DNA of 50,093 nucleotides from Marivivens sp. (GTDB taxonomy: Bacteria; Pseudomonadota; Alphaproteobacteria; Rhodobacterales; Rhodobacteraceae). Shown here piece after piece: positions 39,328 through 49,373 of the stretch. Numbering within the stretch: the stretch's first letter is position 1; each line of letters begins with the position of its first letter. The DNA is taken from NCBI GenBank assembly GCA_024642145.1, contig JAHEBS010000001.1, positions 1 through 50,093 of the forward strand, in the 5' to 3' direction. A model generated the notes under the pieces. That model ran no database searches. It had not been told where the DNA came from and worked only from the letters and a program-made list of their open reading frames with translations. Both the position numbers and the translations under genes were made by a program.

Positions 39328-40958
39328 GCGGTGGCTCCGTCACGCAGCAGCTTCCACGTAATGGCATCGATCAAGGCATCGAACGAGGCATCGACGATAT
39401 TGGCGCTGACGCCCACGGTGGCCCAGCGCCGCCCCTGCCCGTCTTCACTGTCGATGATGACGCGTGTCACGGCCTCGGTGCCGCCATTGGTGATACGCAC
39501 CTTGAAGTCGACAAGGCGCATGTCCTCGATCAACGACTGGAAACGGCCAAGATCCTTGGCCAAAGCCTTGGACAGCGCATTGACCGGACCGGCATCGGCC
39601 TGACCCTGCTCATGTTCGTTTTCGTAGAAAGAGGTGATCCGCTCGCCGCCCACCTGCACCGTGACCACGGCCTCGGACACGGTGACAACCTCGCCGCGCG
39701 CATTGCGCCGACGCTCCGAGATCACGCGGTAACGCTCGACTTCGAAGAAATGCGGCAGGCTGCCCAATTCGTCACGGGCCAAAAGCTCGAACGAGGCTTG
39801 GGCGGTATCATAGGAATAGCCGCGCGCCTCCATTTCCTTGATGCGTTCAAGGATGCGCGGCAGCGCGGGGTTGCCCTGCTCGACCGACAGACCCGCATCC
39901 GTCAGGCGCTGGCGCAGGTTGGACTGGCCCGCCTGATTGGACATCGGGATGATCCGCGCGTTGCCGACCAAGGCGGGTTCGATATGTTCATAGGTCGCAG
40001 GGTCCTTGGCGATGGCCGAGGCATGCAGCCCCGCCTTATGCGCAAAGGCCGAGGCCCCGACATAGGGGGCCTGCTTGGCGGGGACGCGGTTCAGCACATC
40101 GTCCAGCATCCGGCTGATACGTTTGAGCCCTGCCAGCGCCTCGGTCGTGATCCCTGTTTGCAGCGTATCGCGGAACGGCGCCTTCAGCATCAGCGTGGGG
40201 ATGATCGTGGTCAGATTGGCGTTGCCACACCGCTCGCCCAAACCATTGAGCGTGCCTTGGATCTGGCGCGCACCCGCCTCGACCGCCGCCAGCGAATTGG
40301 CGACAGCATGTCCGGTGTCGTCATGGCAGTGAATGCCGATATGGTCGCCGGGAATACCGCTGGCGATCACCGCCGCGACAATTTCCCTGACCTCGCCAGG
40401 CAGGGTGCCGCCATTGGTGTCACAAAGCACGATCCAGCGCGCGCCTGCCTTATGGGCGGCGGCGATGCATTCCAGCGCATAGGGCGGATTGGCCTTGTAG
40501 CCGTCAAAGAAATGTTCGGCGTCGAACAACGCCTCGCGCCCTGCCGCGACCAGATGTGCGACCGAGGCGCTGATATTCTCGACGTTTTCCGCAAGCGATA
40601 TGCCAAGCGCCGTGGTGACATGAAAATCATGGGTCTTGCCCACCAGACAGACGGCGGGCGTGCGCGCGTTCATCACGGCGGCCAGCACATCGTCATTGGC
40701 GGCGGACCGACCCGCGCGTTTGGTCATGCCAAAGGCGGTCATGGTGGCGCGCGTCTGGGGCGCGGCTGCGAAAAAGTCGCTGTCGGTCGGGTTCGCCCCC
40801 GGCCAGCCGCCCTCGATATAATCGATCCCCAGCGCGTCGAGCGCCATGGCGATGCGCTGCTTTTCCGCGGTCGAGAACTGCACGCCTTGGGTCTGCTGCC
40901 CATCGCGCAGCGTGGTGTCAAAGAGATAGAGGCGGTCTTTGGTCATTGGGGCGCTCAT
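39324..40958 (-). CDS. cimA: Citramalate synthase (long-form LeuA/CimA family)
   Basis: A 544-aa protein with [37 protein letters not shown] and a C-terminal LeuA-dimer regulatory domain. Its start overlaps the cysS stop by 4 nt. Confidence 0.85.
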   Translation of the reverse strand: MSAPMTKDRLYLFDTTLRDGQQTQGVQFSTAEKQRIAMALDALGIDYIEGGWPGANPTDSDFFAAAPQTRATMTAFGMTKRAGRSAANDDVLAAVMNARTPAVCLVGKTHDFHVTTALGISLAENVENISASVAHLVAAGREALFDAEHFFDGYKANPPYALECIAAAHKAGARWIVLCDTNGGTLPGEVREIVAAVIASGIPGDHIGIHCHDDTGHAVANSLAAVEAGARQIQGTLNGLGERCGNANLTTIIPTLMLKAPFRDTLQTGITTEALAGLKRISRMLDDVLNRVPAKQAPYVGASAFAHKAGLHASAIAKDPATYEHIEPALVGNARIIPMSNQAGQSNLRQRLTDAGLSVEQGNPALPRILERIKEMEARGYSYDTAQASFELLARDELGSLPHFFEVERYRVISERRRNARGEVVTVSEAVVTVQVGGERITSFYENEHEQGQADAGPVNALSKALAKDLGRFQSLIEDMRLVDFKVRITNGGTEAVTRVIIDSEDGQGRRWATVGVSANIVDASFDALIDAITWKLLRDGATA

Positions 40959-42346
40959 TTCAGGGCCTCGAGTTTGGCGGGATCGAAACCGACCGACGGG
41001 ACCAATTCAACTGAAGTCTTGGAAACGCGCACTTCGACACCTGCGTCAGCTAGTGCCGCTTTCATTGCGTCAACAGGGGCAAAGTTCTTGGTGCTTATCG
41101 CTTCCACGCGCAGTGCGTACAGACGATCCGCTAGATTACCTAAATCCACACCCACGGCCCAACTGGGAATGCCATCTTCCATGAAACCAAGGAATGAAAG
41201 CGTTGCGCGGAGCGTCACTAGATCATCAGCGCGCGACAATTGATGAAGTTCTGCGATTGCAGAGGCCGTGTTCAAATCATCGCCCAAGGCCGCCAGCACT
41301 GGTTCATAGACTTGGCCGTTGTCCAAAGCCTGTTCAGACTGCGCATACCATTTCCTCAGCGTCGCCTCAGCCTCGTCCCGCTTCTTCTCGGTCCAGTCCA
41401 TCGGCTTGCGATAATGCGTGCTCAGCATGACAAACCGGATCACCTCGCCCGGAACGCCTTGGTCCAAAAGATCGCGCACGGTAAAGAAATTGCCCAAGGA
41501 CTTGGACATCTTCTTGCCCTCGACCTGCAGCATCTCGTTATGCAGCCAATAGGTGGCAAAGCCGCCTTCGGGATGCGCGCAGGCGGATTGGGCGATCTCG
41601 TTTTCGTGGTGCGGAAATTGCAGATCGATCCCCCCGCCGTGGATATCGAAGCTCGCCCCCAGCAATTCATGGCTCATGGCCGAGCATTCGATATGCCAGC
41701 CCGGACGCCCCACGCCCCAAGGGCTGTCCCAGCCGGGCAGGTCCTCGTCCGAAGGTTTCCACAGCACGAAATCCATCGGGTCTTCCTTGAAGGGCGCCAC
41801 CTCGACCCTTGCGCCCGCGATCATATCGTCGACCGACCGCCCCGATAGCGCGCCATAGTGCTTGTAGGACCGCACGCGGAACAGCACATGCCCCTCGGCC
41901 TCATAGGCGTGACCCTTGGCGATCAGATCCGCGATCATCGCCACCATCGCCCCGATCCACTCGGTCGCCCGCGGCTCATGGTCGGGCCGCAGCGCGCCCA
42001 GCGCGTCCATGTCGGCGTGATACCAACCGATGGTTTCCTCGGTCCGCTCTTGGATCAGCGCCTCTAGGCTGCGCGGATCCCCCGCGGCCTTGCGCGCGGC
42101 GGCGGTGGCGTTGATCTTGTCATCGACGTCGGTAAAATTGCGCACATAGGTAACGTGATCCGCGCCGTAGACATGGCGCAACAGCCGGTAAAGCACGTCA
42201 AACACCAGCACCGGACGGGCATTGCCCAGATGCGCGCGGTCATAGACCGTCGGCCCGCAGACATACATCCGCAGGTTCTCTGGATCGAGCGGCACGAAAT
42301 CCTCCTTGAGGCGGGTTTTCGTGTTGTGCAGACGGATCGTCGTCAT
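40955..42346 (-). CDS. cysS: Cysteine--tRNA ligase
   Basis: A 463-aa protein with [18 protein letters not shown] (HIGH-type), the CWHIEC-type zinc site GWHIECSAM, and KMSKSLGNF. Confidence 0.97.
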   Translation of the reverse strand: MTTIRLHNTKTRLKEDFVPLDPENLRMYVCGPTVYDRAHLGNARPVLVFDVLYRLLRHVYGADHVTYVRNFTDVDDKINATAAARKAAGDPRSLEALIQERTEETIGWYHADMDALGALRPDHEPRATEWIGAMVAMIADLIAKGHAYEAEGHVLFRVRSYKHYGALSGRSVDDMIAGARVEVAPFKEDPMDFVLWKPSDEDLPGWDSPWGVGRPGWHIECSAMSHELLGASFDIHGGGIDLQFPHHENEIAQSACAHPEGGFATYWLHNEMLQVEGKKMSKSLGNFFTVRDLLDQGVPGEVIRFVMLSTHYRKPMDWTEKKRDEAEATLRKWYAQSEQALDNGQVYEPVLAALGDDLNTASAIAELHQLSRADDLVTLRATLSFLGFMEDGIPSWAVGVDLGNLADRLYALRVEAISTKNFAPVDAMKAALADAGVEVRVSKTSVELVPSVGFDPAKLEALK

Positions 42347-42489
42347 AAGTCCTCACGCGCAGGTTTGCCCGCGGGCTTAGCAACTTAACGTTATGAGTGA
42401 AACGTGAAAGAGCAGCCCGCGACCGATGTCAGCAGGGAATAATGCAGCAAATGTTGATGCAGCTCTTGTTCATAGCGCCCCAGATAGCA

Positions 42490-43017
42490 TCAAGCCTGTG
42501 GTCCGTCCAGCATTTCGGCAAGGGCGGTAATGGTATTGAGGTTGCGTCCGGTCAGCACGGTGCCGCAAAGCCGTTCCAGTTTTGGCGCCAGCTTGGACCT
42601 GCCGATCCCCTCAGACGCTCGCAGCCAGATCACCCCCGCGCCAAAGGTCAGTTCTTCGTCCGGCGCGCGCAGGGCCTCGATTGCGGCCATGTCGGGATTT
42701 GGCGTGCCAAAGGTAAACATGCCATGCACCCTTGCACCCTCTGACGCCGCATAGGGACAGTCCGCAATCCGCCCAAGGTAGGCCTCGGCCCCCAGAACCA
42801 GCACCGCAACAGGACGACCGCAGCGGGCGGCAATGCCGTGGCCCAGCGTTTCGGCAAAAACCGCAGGCGCGCCCTGAGCGGAAAAGATCAGATTGCCGCT
42901 AGCCAGATAGGTCCGCGCGTCGCCAAGCCCCGCATCCGCCGCCACCGCGCGCAGATCCGCCATAGTCAGCTTGACCCCGCCCACATTCACGCCGCGCAAA
43001 AGTGCCAGATACCGCAT
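42490..43017 (-). CDS. DUF1697 domain protein
   Basis: The start is set at the ATG at 43017. The protein begins MRYLALLRGVNVGGVKLTMADLR and ends ...LTGRNLNTI, the typical DUF1697 N-terminal and C-terminal signatures. Confidence 0.75.
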   Translation of the reverse strand: MRYLALLRGVNVGGVKLTMADLRAVAADAGLGDARTYLASGNLIFSAQGAPAVFAETLGHGIAARCGRPVAVLVLGAEAYLGRIADCPYAASEGARVHGMFTFGTPNPDMAAIEALRAPDEELTFGAGVIWLRASEGIGRSKLAPKLERLCGTVLTGRNLNTITALAEMLDGPQA

Positions 43018-43263
43018 CACTCTATTTCCCGCTTCTTTTGACCACAAATACCCCGGGGGTGAATGTGGCGCCAGCCACAGAGGGGGCAGCGCCCCCTCCG
43101 ACCGCCGCGCCCTATTCCCTGTCTCCCCCGAGACCGCAGAACCACCCGTTCGACGCGCGGCGGCATCCCTGAAACCCGTAGCGTCGCATCAAGGCCCCTT
43201 AATTCGGCACCCCTGCCGAGGGGGTGTTGACACGACAGCGCGCGCGGTGTCTGGCTCTGCGCC

Positions 43264-44445
43264 ATGAAACTCTCGCACCGCATTTCCAATCTCACCGGCG
43301 GCGGCTCTGACGGCTGGGGCGTGTTCTATCGCGCCCGCGCCATGAAGGCAGCTGGCACGCCTGTTCTTGAACTGACCATCGGCGAGCATGACGTGCTGAC
43401 CGATCCCGCGATCCTTGACGCGTTGCATGGCGCGGCCAAGGCCGGTCATACGGGCTATGCATCGGTTCCCGGAACGCCCGCCTTGCGGCGCGCCGTGGCC
43501 GCACGGATCGAGGCCCGCACGGGCGTGCCCACCGGCCCCGAGAACATCATCATCACCGCCGGCGGACAGGCGGGGCTTTTTGCCGCCCACCACGCCGCTT
43601 GCGACGAAGGCGATCGCGCGCTTTATATCGACCCCTATTACGCCACCTATCCCGGCACGATCCGCGCTGTCGGCGCGGTGCCCGAGGTCGTGGCCGCCCC
43701 CGCCGATCGTGGCTTTCAACCCGATCTCGTGGCCTTGGCCAAGGCCGCCAAGGGCGCGCGTAGCCTGTTGATCAACTCGCCCAACAACCCGACCGGCGTG
43801 ATCTATTCCCGCGCGACGCTCGAGGGCATCGCCAAGATCTGTCAGGACGAGGACATGTTGTTGATCTCGGACGAGGTCTATGACACGCAGGTCTGGGAAG
43901 GCGAACATATCAGCCCCCGCGCCCTGCCCGGCATGGCCGACCGCACGCTGGTCATCGGTTCGATGTCGAAAAGCCACGCCATGACCGGCAGCCGGATTGG
44001 CTGGATCTGCGGCCCCAAAGAGGCGATCGACACGCTCATCACCCTTTCCACCCACACCACCTACGGCGTGCCCGGCTATATCCAGGACGCGGCGCTTTTT
44101 GCGCTGGAACAGGGTCCGGCGCTGGAAGAGGCGGTTGCCGCCCCCTTCCGCCGCCGCCGCGCGATCTCGCAAGACTTGCTGGCGGGGCAGAATGTGGTTC
44201 AGGCCGCACCCGCGGACGGGGCCATGTACACGATGCTCGATATCCGTGCGACGGGGCTTTCGGGCGAGGCCTTTGCCTACAAACTGCTTGAGGATGAACA
44301 TATCGCCGTCATGCCCGGCGAAAGCTTTGGTCAATCCGCAGCGGGGCATATCCGCGTCGCCATGACCATCGCCGACGACGACTATGCCAAGGCGCTGTCA
44401 CGGCTTTTGGCCTATGTCGCCCGCATGGCGGATCAGGCGGCCTGA
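43264..44445 (+). CDS. PLP-dependent aminotransferase (class I/II, aspartate-aminotransferase-like)
   Basis: A 393-aa protein with LLINSPNNPTG, and the PLP lysine in GSMSKSHAMTGSRIGW. Confidence 0.88.
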   Translation: MKLSHRISNLTGGGSDGWGVFYRARAMKAAGTPVLELTIGEHDVLTDPAILDALHGAAKAGHTGYASVPGTPALRRAVAARIEARTGVPTGPENIIITAGGQAGLFAAHHAACDEGDRALYIDPYYATYPGTIRAVGAVPEVVAAPADRGFQPDLVALAKAAKGARSLLINSPNNPTGVIYSRATLEGIAKICQDEDMLLISDEVYDTQVWEGEHISPRALPGMADRTLVIGSMSKSHAMTGSRIGWICGPKEAIDTLITLSTHTTYGVPGYIQDAALFALEQGPALEEAVAAPFRRRRAISQDLLAGQNVVQAAPADGAMYTMLDIRATGLSGEAFAYKLLEDEHIAVMPGESFGQSAAGHIRVAMTIADDDYAKALSRLLAYVARMADQAA

Positions 44446-44521
44446 ATTCGGGCTTTGTGACCCCCGAAAGGGGCGCTAGCATTCGCCTGCTGGCGTCTTT
44501 TGGGGGGGAGTCGCTCATCCC

Positions 44522-44815
44522 ATGTCTGTGTCGGGTTTTGCGCTGCTCGGGTTTGGCCTGATCGCAGGGCTTTTCATAGCCAGGCAACTGAGGTTTCGCG
44601 CCCTGCGCCGCAGGGCGGCAACCACGCCCTGCCCCCATTGCGGCGCCATGGGGCGCAGTTTCAGCTATGTCGTGACCCAAGCGCCCAGCAGCACGCAGGG
44701 CGGCATGGCCGAAGAACGGCTTTATTGCCCTGCCTGCGGACAGACCGACGTGACCAAGCGCAGGCTTGCGCCCGACGCGCCACCACCGCCGCCCACAAAT
44801 AACAGCTTTGGGTAA
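44522..44815 (+). CDS. Small membrane-anchored zinc-ribbon protein (paralog 1)
   Basis: A 97-aa protein with a GGGGGGAG RBS. An N-terminal TM (FALLGFGLIAGLFIA) is followed by a basic stretch, then CPHCG ... CPACG, and a Pro-rich tail. Confidence 0.55.
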   Translation: MSVSGFALLGFGLIAGLFIARQLRFRALRRRAATTPCPHCGAMGRSFSYVVTQAPSSTQGGMAEERLYCPACGQTDVTKRRLAPDAPPPPPTNNSFG

Positions 44816-44823
44816 ATGCCATC

Positions 44824-45186
44824 ATGAAAGCCAATCGGTTCAATGCATTGATTGTGATTATGTCGCTGGTTCCCTCGCTGGCGCGGGCACAGGATCAGGG
44901 GGGCATGTCGAACAAGATCTACGGCTATGGCTTTGTCATCGGCCTGATTGCAATCGTGGCCCTCGGGACATGGATTGCGGGGCGGCTACGTGCGGCGCGT
45001 CTGGCACGCACACCCTGCCCGAATTGCGGCAGGACCGGACTGGTCGAAGAAGAAATCTCCATCCTTGCGCCCACCCAAAGCCAATCCGGCAAGGGCGAAA
45101 GACGCACCACCTGCCCTCATTGCGGCCATGTGACGATCAAGCAGATCGTCTATCCGGCGATCGAGACTTATCAGGGCGGCAATTGA
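44824..45186 (+). CDS. Small membrane-anchored zinc-ribbon protein (paralog 2)
   Basis: The ORF is 120 aa. The internal ATG at 44905 (MSNKIYGYGFVIGLIAIVALG..., preceded by CAGGGGGG) gives a 93-aa product collinear with paralog 1. The layout is TM, RLRAARLARTPCPNCG, then CPHCG. Confidence 0.5.
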   Translation: MKANRFNALIVIMSLVPSLARAQDQGGMSNKIYGYGFVIGLIAIVALGTWIAGRLRAARLARTPCPNCGRTGLVEEEISILAPTQSQSGKGERRTTCPHCGHVTIKQIVYPAIETYQGGN

Positions 45187-45412
45187 AAACGCCGCGAACG
45201 AACCATTTGGTCGCAAATCTACAAGACGCGGCGCGGGCGGCGCAGGATTGATGCACGCTAGATGGAGTGATTAATGGCAATCGACCGCTGGCAAATTTCG
45301 CTGGTTCTCAGAACGATAGGCGCGCGTCGTGGACGCGCCGCCCGGGGTGGTCCTGTCGCTTTCTGACCACGAAACGCGCGACATCAATTCCCCCTTTCTG
45401 ACGGATTCCATC

Positions 45413-46987
45413 ATGACCGATACCGATTTCGACCCCACTTGCGCCCCCGCCCGCGCAGCCCGCGCCGCTCGTTCGGGTGGCCGCGCTGCCCGACATGCCG
45501 CCCGCATGGCGCCTCTGGCCGAGGATCAGCGCCCGATCCGCGCTGGCATGGTTGGCGGCCGCTATAATCCGCTGTCCGAGGCCGATGTCCTGCGTATCCA
45601 TGAAACGGCACTGACCGCGCTTGAGGAAATCGGTCTGGCCGATGCGCCCGAGACAGGGATCGAGGTTATGACCCGCGCCGGTGCCATCCTTGGCGATGAC
45701 GGTCGCCTGCGGTTTCCGCGCGCCCTCGTCGAGGACATGCTGGCTGTCGCGGCGCGCGACATCACCCTGTTTGGCCGCGAATCGCGGCATGACATGCTGC
45801 TGTCGGGTTCCCGCGTGCATTACGGCACCGCCGGTGCCGCCGTGCATGTGGTTGACGTCGATGGCCGCAACTATCGCGACAGCACGGGGCAGGATCTGTT
45901 CGATGCCGCGCGCATTGCCGACAAGCTGGACAACATCAACTTTTTCCAGCGCGCCATGGTCTGCCGCGATATCCTTGATAACCGCGAGATGGACCTCAAC
46001 ACCATCTATGCCTGCTGCGCTGGCACATCGAAACATGTCGGCACCTCGTTTACCGAGCCCGATTTCGCCCGCGACGGGCTCAAGCTTTTGCACATGATCG
46101 CCGGCGGCGAGGACAAGTGGCGTGCGCGGCCTTTCGTGTCGAACTCGAACTGCTTTGTCGTGCCGCCGATGAAATTCGCCACCGACGCTTGCCGCGTGAT
46201 GGAAGTGTTGATCGAAGGCGGTATGCCGATCCTGCTCCTGTCCGCAGGCCAAGCCGGCGCCACGGCCCCAGCCCCGATCGCCGGCGCCATCGTGCAGGCC
46301 GTGGCCGAATGTCTGGCGGGCGTGGTCTATGTCAACGCCATCAAGCCCGGTCATCCGGCCATCTTTGGCACTTGGCCCTTCGTGTCCGACCTGCGCACTG
46401 GCGCCATGTCGGGCGGTTCCGGCGAACAGGCGCTTTTGACGGCGGGTTGCGCGCAGATGCACCGTTTCTACGGCCTGCCTGGCGGCGCCGCGGCGGGAAT
46501 TGGCGATGCGAAACTGCCGGACATGCAGGCGGGCTGGGAACAGATGTGTTCCAACGTGCTGGCGGGGCTCTCTGGTCTGAACATGGTCTATGAGGCCGCT
46601 GGCATGCATGCCTCGTTGCTTGGTTTTTGCATGGAAAGCCTGATCCTCGGCGATGACCTCATCGGTCAGGCGATGCGCTGCGTGCGCGGGATCGAGGTCA
46701 ATGACGATACGATGGCGCTGGAAACCATGCGCGCGACCTGTCTGGGCGGTCCGGGTCATTACCTTGGCTCTGACCAGACGCTGCGGCTGATGCAGACCGA
46801 ATACGTCTATCCCGCCGTGGCGGACCGCACCTCGCCCAAGGAATGGGTCGAACGCGGCAAGCCCGATCTGATCGCGACCGCCAAGGCCCGCAAGGACGCC
46901 ATTCTGTCCAAACCTTCGTCGGCAGCCTTTGACCCGATCACCGACATGGCGATCCGCGAGGCATTCCGCATTCACATCAAGGTCTGA
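45413..46987 (+). CDS. Trimethylamine methyltransferase (MttB) superfamily protein, non-pyrrolysine type
   Basis: The start is set at the ATG at 45413; the track start at 45329 is GTG. The protein is 524 aa with an Arg/Ala-rich N-terminus, then YNPLSEADVLRIHETALTALEEIG and TIM-barrel-like MttB segments. The reading frame has no internal stop. Confidence 0.82.
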   Translation: MTDTDFDPTCAPARAARAARSGGRAARHAARMAPLAEDQRPIRAGMVGGRYNPLSEADVLRIHETALTALEEIGLADAPETGIEVMTRAGAILGDDGRLRFPRALVEDMLAVAARDITLFGRESRHDMLLSGSRVHYGTAGAAVHVVDVDGRNYRDSTGQDLFDAARIADKLDNINFFQRAMVCRDILDNREMDLNTIYACCAGTSKHVGTSFTEPDFARDGLKLLHMIAGGEDKWRARPFVSNSNCFVVPPMKFATDACRVMEVLIEGGMPILLLSAGQAGATAPAPIAGAIVQAVAECLAGVVYVNAIKPGHPAIFGTWPFVSDLRTGAMSGGSGEQALLTAGCAQMHRFYGLPGGAAAGIGDAKLPDMQAGWEQMCSNVLAGLSGLNMVYEAAGMHASLLGFCMESLILGDDLIGQAMRCVRGIEVNDDTMALETMRATCLGGPGHYLGSDQTLRLMQTEYVYPAVADRTSPKEWVERGKPDLIATAKARKDAILSKPSSAAFDPITDMAIREAFRIHIKV

Positions 46988-46990
46988 GCC

Positions 46991-47977
46991 TCAGGGCTCG
47001 AGCGCCAGCGCAGCCGTCAGGCCCCCCGGCCTGCTGACAAAGCCGCCCCCGACAGGGGCGGCGACGCCCGTTGTGCCGGGAAAGGCCGTGGGCAACCCAA
47101 AGAGCGTGCGCACGGCGGCAAACCCGTAACCCATGGCCGGCAGAGCCGTCGGGTCGGGCGGGGACGGGCGGCCGATGGGCTGGCCGGTCGCTGCCGAAAT
47201 GGCCTCGGACAGCAGTTGATCCATCGGGCCCGCGCACCAGAACACGGCGCCAGATACTGCCTCGGCCCGCGCCGCGACCGTCAGCGCCACTTGCGCCACC
47301 AATGTGGCGCGGGCGTCTGCGGGCGACAGACGCGCAAGCGGGCGGTCATCGCCATCGGCCAAAGCCTCGAGCGCCGCCTCGCGCAACGCGCCACCGGGCC
47401 CCGCGTCGGTAATGCCCATGGCCTCGAGCCGCTTGAGCGGTGTCGGGCCAAGCCGCACGTGGTTCAAGGCACCCGAAGCTGCCGGATCGGCCATCGCGGG
47501 ATCGGCCAGCGTGAGGCGGACTTGCCCATCGCATTCCACCACCCAAACCGGCGTCTTCAACCCTTCGGCCCGCGCGCGGGCATGGTAGAAAGCCGCCGCG
47601 ACCGCACCGCCCTGCCCGCCAAATTCGCTATCGGCATCCTCAAGTCCGGTCACAACCGGAACGCCCAGCACCTCGGCCACGATCCCGGGCGCTATGGGCA
47701 GGGTGGCATATGGCCCCTCGGCCAGTCCCGCGACCTGATAACCGGCAAGCCCTGCCAAGGCCTCGGCCAGCGCGGTTTCCAGCGCCTCGGCGGCGGCGCG
47801 GGGATTGCGGTCCCGCGCGGCCAGAACATCGGCCTCGTCCTTGTCGAAGGGGCGAAACAGGCTCTCGCCATAACCCAGCACCGCGCGCCCGTCGGTTTGC
47901 ACGACAGCGGCGTCAATACCGCTGCCATCGCCCCGTGGCACCGCACCTACCGCCCAGACCGGACCCTTGCGTAACAT
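46991..47977 (-). CDS. AnmK-like (anhydro-N-acetylmuramic acid kinase family) protein, divergent and short
   Basis: A 328-aa protein. The N-terminus reads VWAVGAVPRGDGSGIDAAVVQTDG and the C-terminus reads FPGTTGVAAPVGGG. It is divergent from tyrS, which is the usual anmK position in alphaproteobacteria. Confidence 0.55.
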   Translation of the reverse strand: MLRKGPVWAVGAVPRGDGSGIDAAVVQTDGRAVLGYGESLFRPFDKDEADVLAARDRNPRAAAEALETALAEALAGLAGYQVAGLAEGPYATLPIAPGIVAEVLGVPVVTGLEDADSEFGGQGGAVAAAFYHARARAEGLKTPVWVVECDGQVRLTLADPAMADPAASGALNHVRLGPTPLKRLEAMGITDAGPGGALREAALEALADGDDRPLARLSPADARATLVAQVALTVAARAEAVSGAVFWCAGPMDQLLSEAISAATGQPIGRPSPPDPTALPAMGYGFAAVRTLFGLPTAFPGTTGVAAPVGGGFVSRPGGLTAALALEP

Positions 47978-48050
47978 GGACTTCCCTCTACCCCACCAGA
48001 CCTATAAGGAGTGACGCCAGAAAACCACGACCCGAGAGGGGGAACAAGCG

Positions 48051-49301
48051 ATGACCTACCGTCCGAAATCCGACTTCATGCATGTCATGATGGAGCGCGG
48101 CTATCTGGCCGACTGCACGGATTATCAGGGCCTCGACGAGGCGCTGTCGAAGGGGGTCGTGCCTGCCTATATCGGGTTCGATGCAACGGCCAAGTCGCTG
48201 CATGTCGGTAGCCTTATCCAGATCATGATGCTGCGCTGGCTGCAAAAGACCGGACACAAGCCGATCACGCTGATGGGCGGTGGCACCACCAAGGTGGGCG
48301 ACCCCTCTTTCCGCGCCGATGAGCGCCCCTTGCTGACCGAAGCGCAGATCGACGACAACATTGCGGGCATCAAAAAGGTCTTTGCGGCCTATATCCGCTA
48401 TGACGACAGCGCCACGGGTGCCTTGATGCTCAACAATGCCGAATGGCTTGACGGGCTCAATTACCTCGCGTTCCTGCGCGACATCGGCCGTCATTTCTCG
48501 GTCAACCGGATGCTGGCCTTTGAATCGGTGAAATCGCGCATCGACCGTGAACAGTCGCTGTCGTTCCTCGAGTTCAACTACATGATCTTGCAGGCCTATG
48601 ACTTTCTGGAACTCAACCGCCGCTATGGCTGCATGTTGCAGATGGGCGGTTCTGACCAATGGGGCAACATCGTCAACGGTATTGACCTGACGCGCCGCGT
48701 GGCCGAGCAGGAAATCTATGGCCTGACCTCGCCCCTGCTGACCACCTCTGACGGCAAGAAGATGGGCAAATCGCAATCGGGTGCTGTCTGGCTGAATCCC
48801 GAGATGCTTTCGCCCTACGAGTTCTGGCAGTTCTGGCGCAACACCACCGATGCGGACGTGGGCCGTTTCCTCAAGCTCTATACCGAGCTGCCGGTAGCGG
48901 AATGCGACCGTCTGGGCGCGCTGGCGGGTTCCGAGATCAACGGCGCCAAGATCATCTTGGCCAACGAGGTCACGGCACTGGCCCATGGTCGCGCCGCGGC
49001 CGAGGCCGCCGAAGCCACCGCGCGCGAGGTCTTTGAAAAGGGCGGCGTTGGCGACGATCTGCCGACACTGACGCTGGAACCGGCCGAAGTCGCAGAAGGC
49101 ATCAGCCTTGCGCAACTGATCGTGCGTTCGGGTCTGGCCAAGTCAGGCAAAGACGCCAAACGGCTGATCGCCGAGGGCGGCGCGCGGGTGAATGACGCGC
49201 TTGCGGGCGACGCTGGGCAGATGTTCAGCGCCGACGATTTCGTCACGCCGCTGAAACTGACCGCTGGGAAAAAGCGTCACGCGCTGGTGCAACTGGGCTA
49301 A
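48051..49301 (+). CDS. tyrS: Tyrosine--tRNA ligase
   Basis: A 416-aa protein with [16 protein letters not shown] (HIGH-type), KMGKSQSG (KMSKS-type) and a C-terminal S4 domain. Confidence 0.97.
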   Translation: MTYRPKSDFMHVMMERGYLADCTDYQGLDEALSKGVVPAYIGFDATAKSLHVGSLIQIMMLRWLQKTGHKPITLMGGGTTKVGDPSFRADERPLLTEAQIDDNIAGIKKVFAAYIRYDDSATGALMLNNAEWLDGLNYLAFLRDIGRHFSVNRMLAFESVKSRIDREQSLSFLEFNYMILQAYDFLELNRRYGCMLQMGGSDQWGNIVNGIDLTRRVAEQEIYGLTSPLLTTSDGKKMGKSQSGAVWLNPEMLSPYEFWQFWRNTTDADVGRFLKLYTELPVAECDRLGALAGSEINGAKIILANEVTALAHGRAAAEAAEATAREVFEKGGVGDDLPTLTLEPAEVAEGISLAQLIVRSGLAKSGKDAKRLIAEGGARVNDALAGDAGQMFSADDFVTPLKLTAGKKRHALVQLG

Positions 49302-49373
49302 GCCGCCAAAAGGCTTTGCCACCAGAATAAAACGTCCTAGGCTCGGGCGGACCAGATCCAAGAGGTCCGCCTG

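Noticed and set aside
43048-43263. GC-rich hairpins (GAGGGGGC-AGC-GCCCCCTC at 43080-43098 and CACCCC-TGCCGA-GGGGTG near 43210) and a TTGACA box upstream of the aminotransferase gene. These were considered as REP-like repeats, an sRNA or a leaderless promoter.
   Set aside because: - The hairpins are not repeated elsewhere in the window in recognisable form.
- No convincing -10 element follows the TTGACA.
- There is no evidence for a transcript.
- The evidence is too weak to call.
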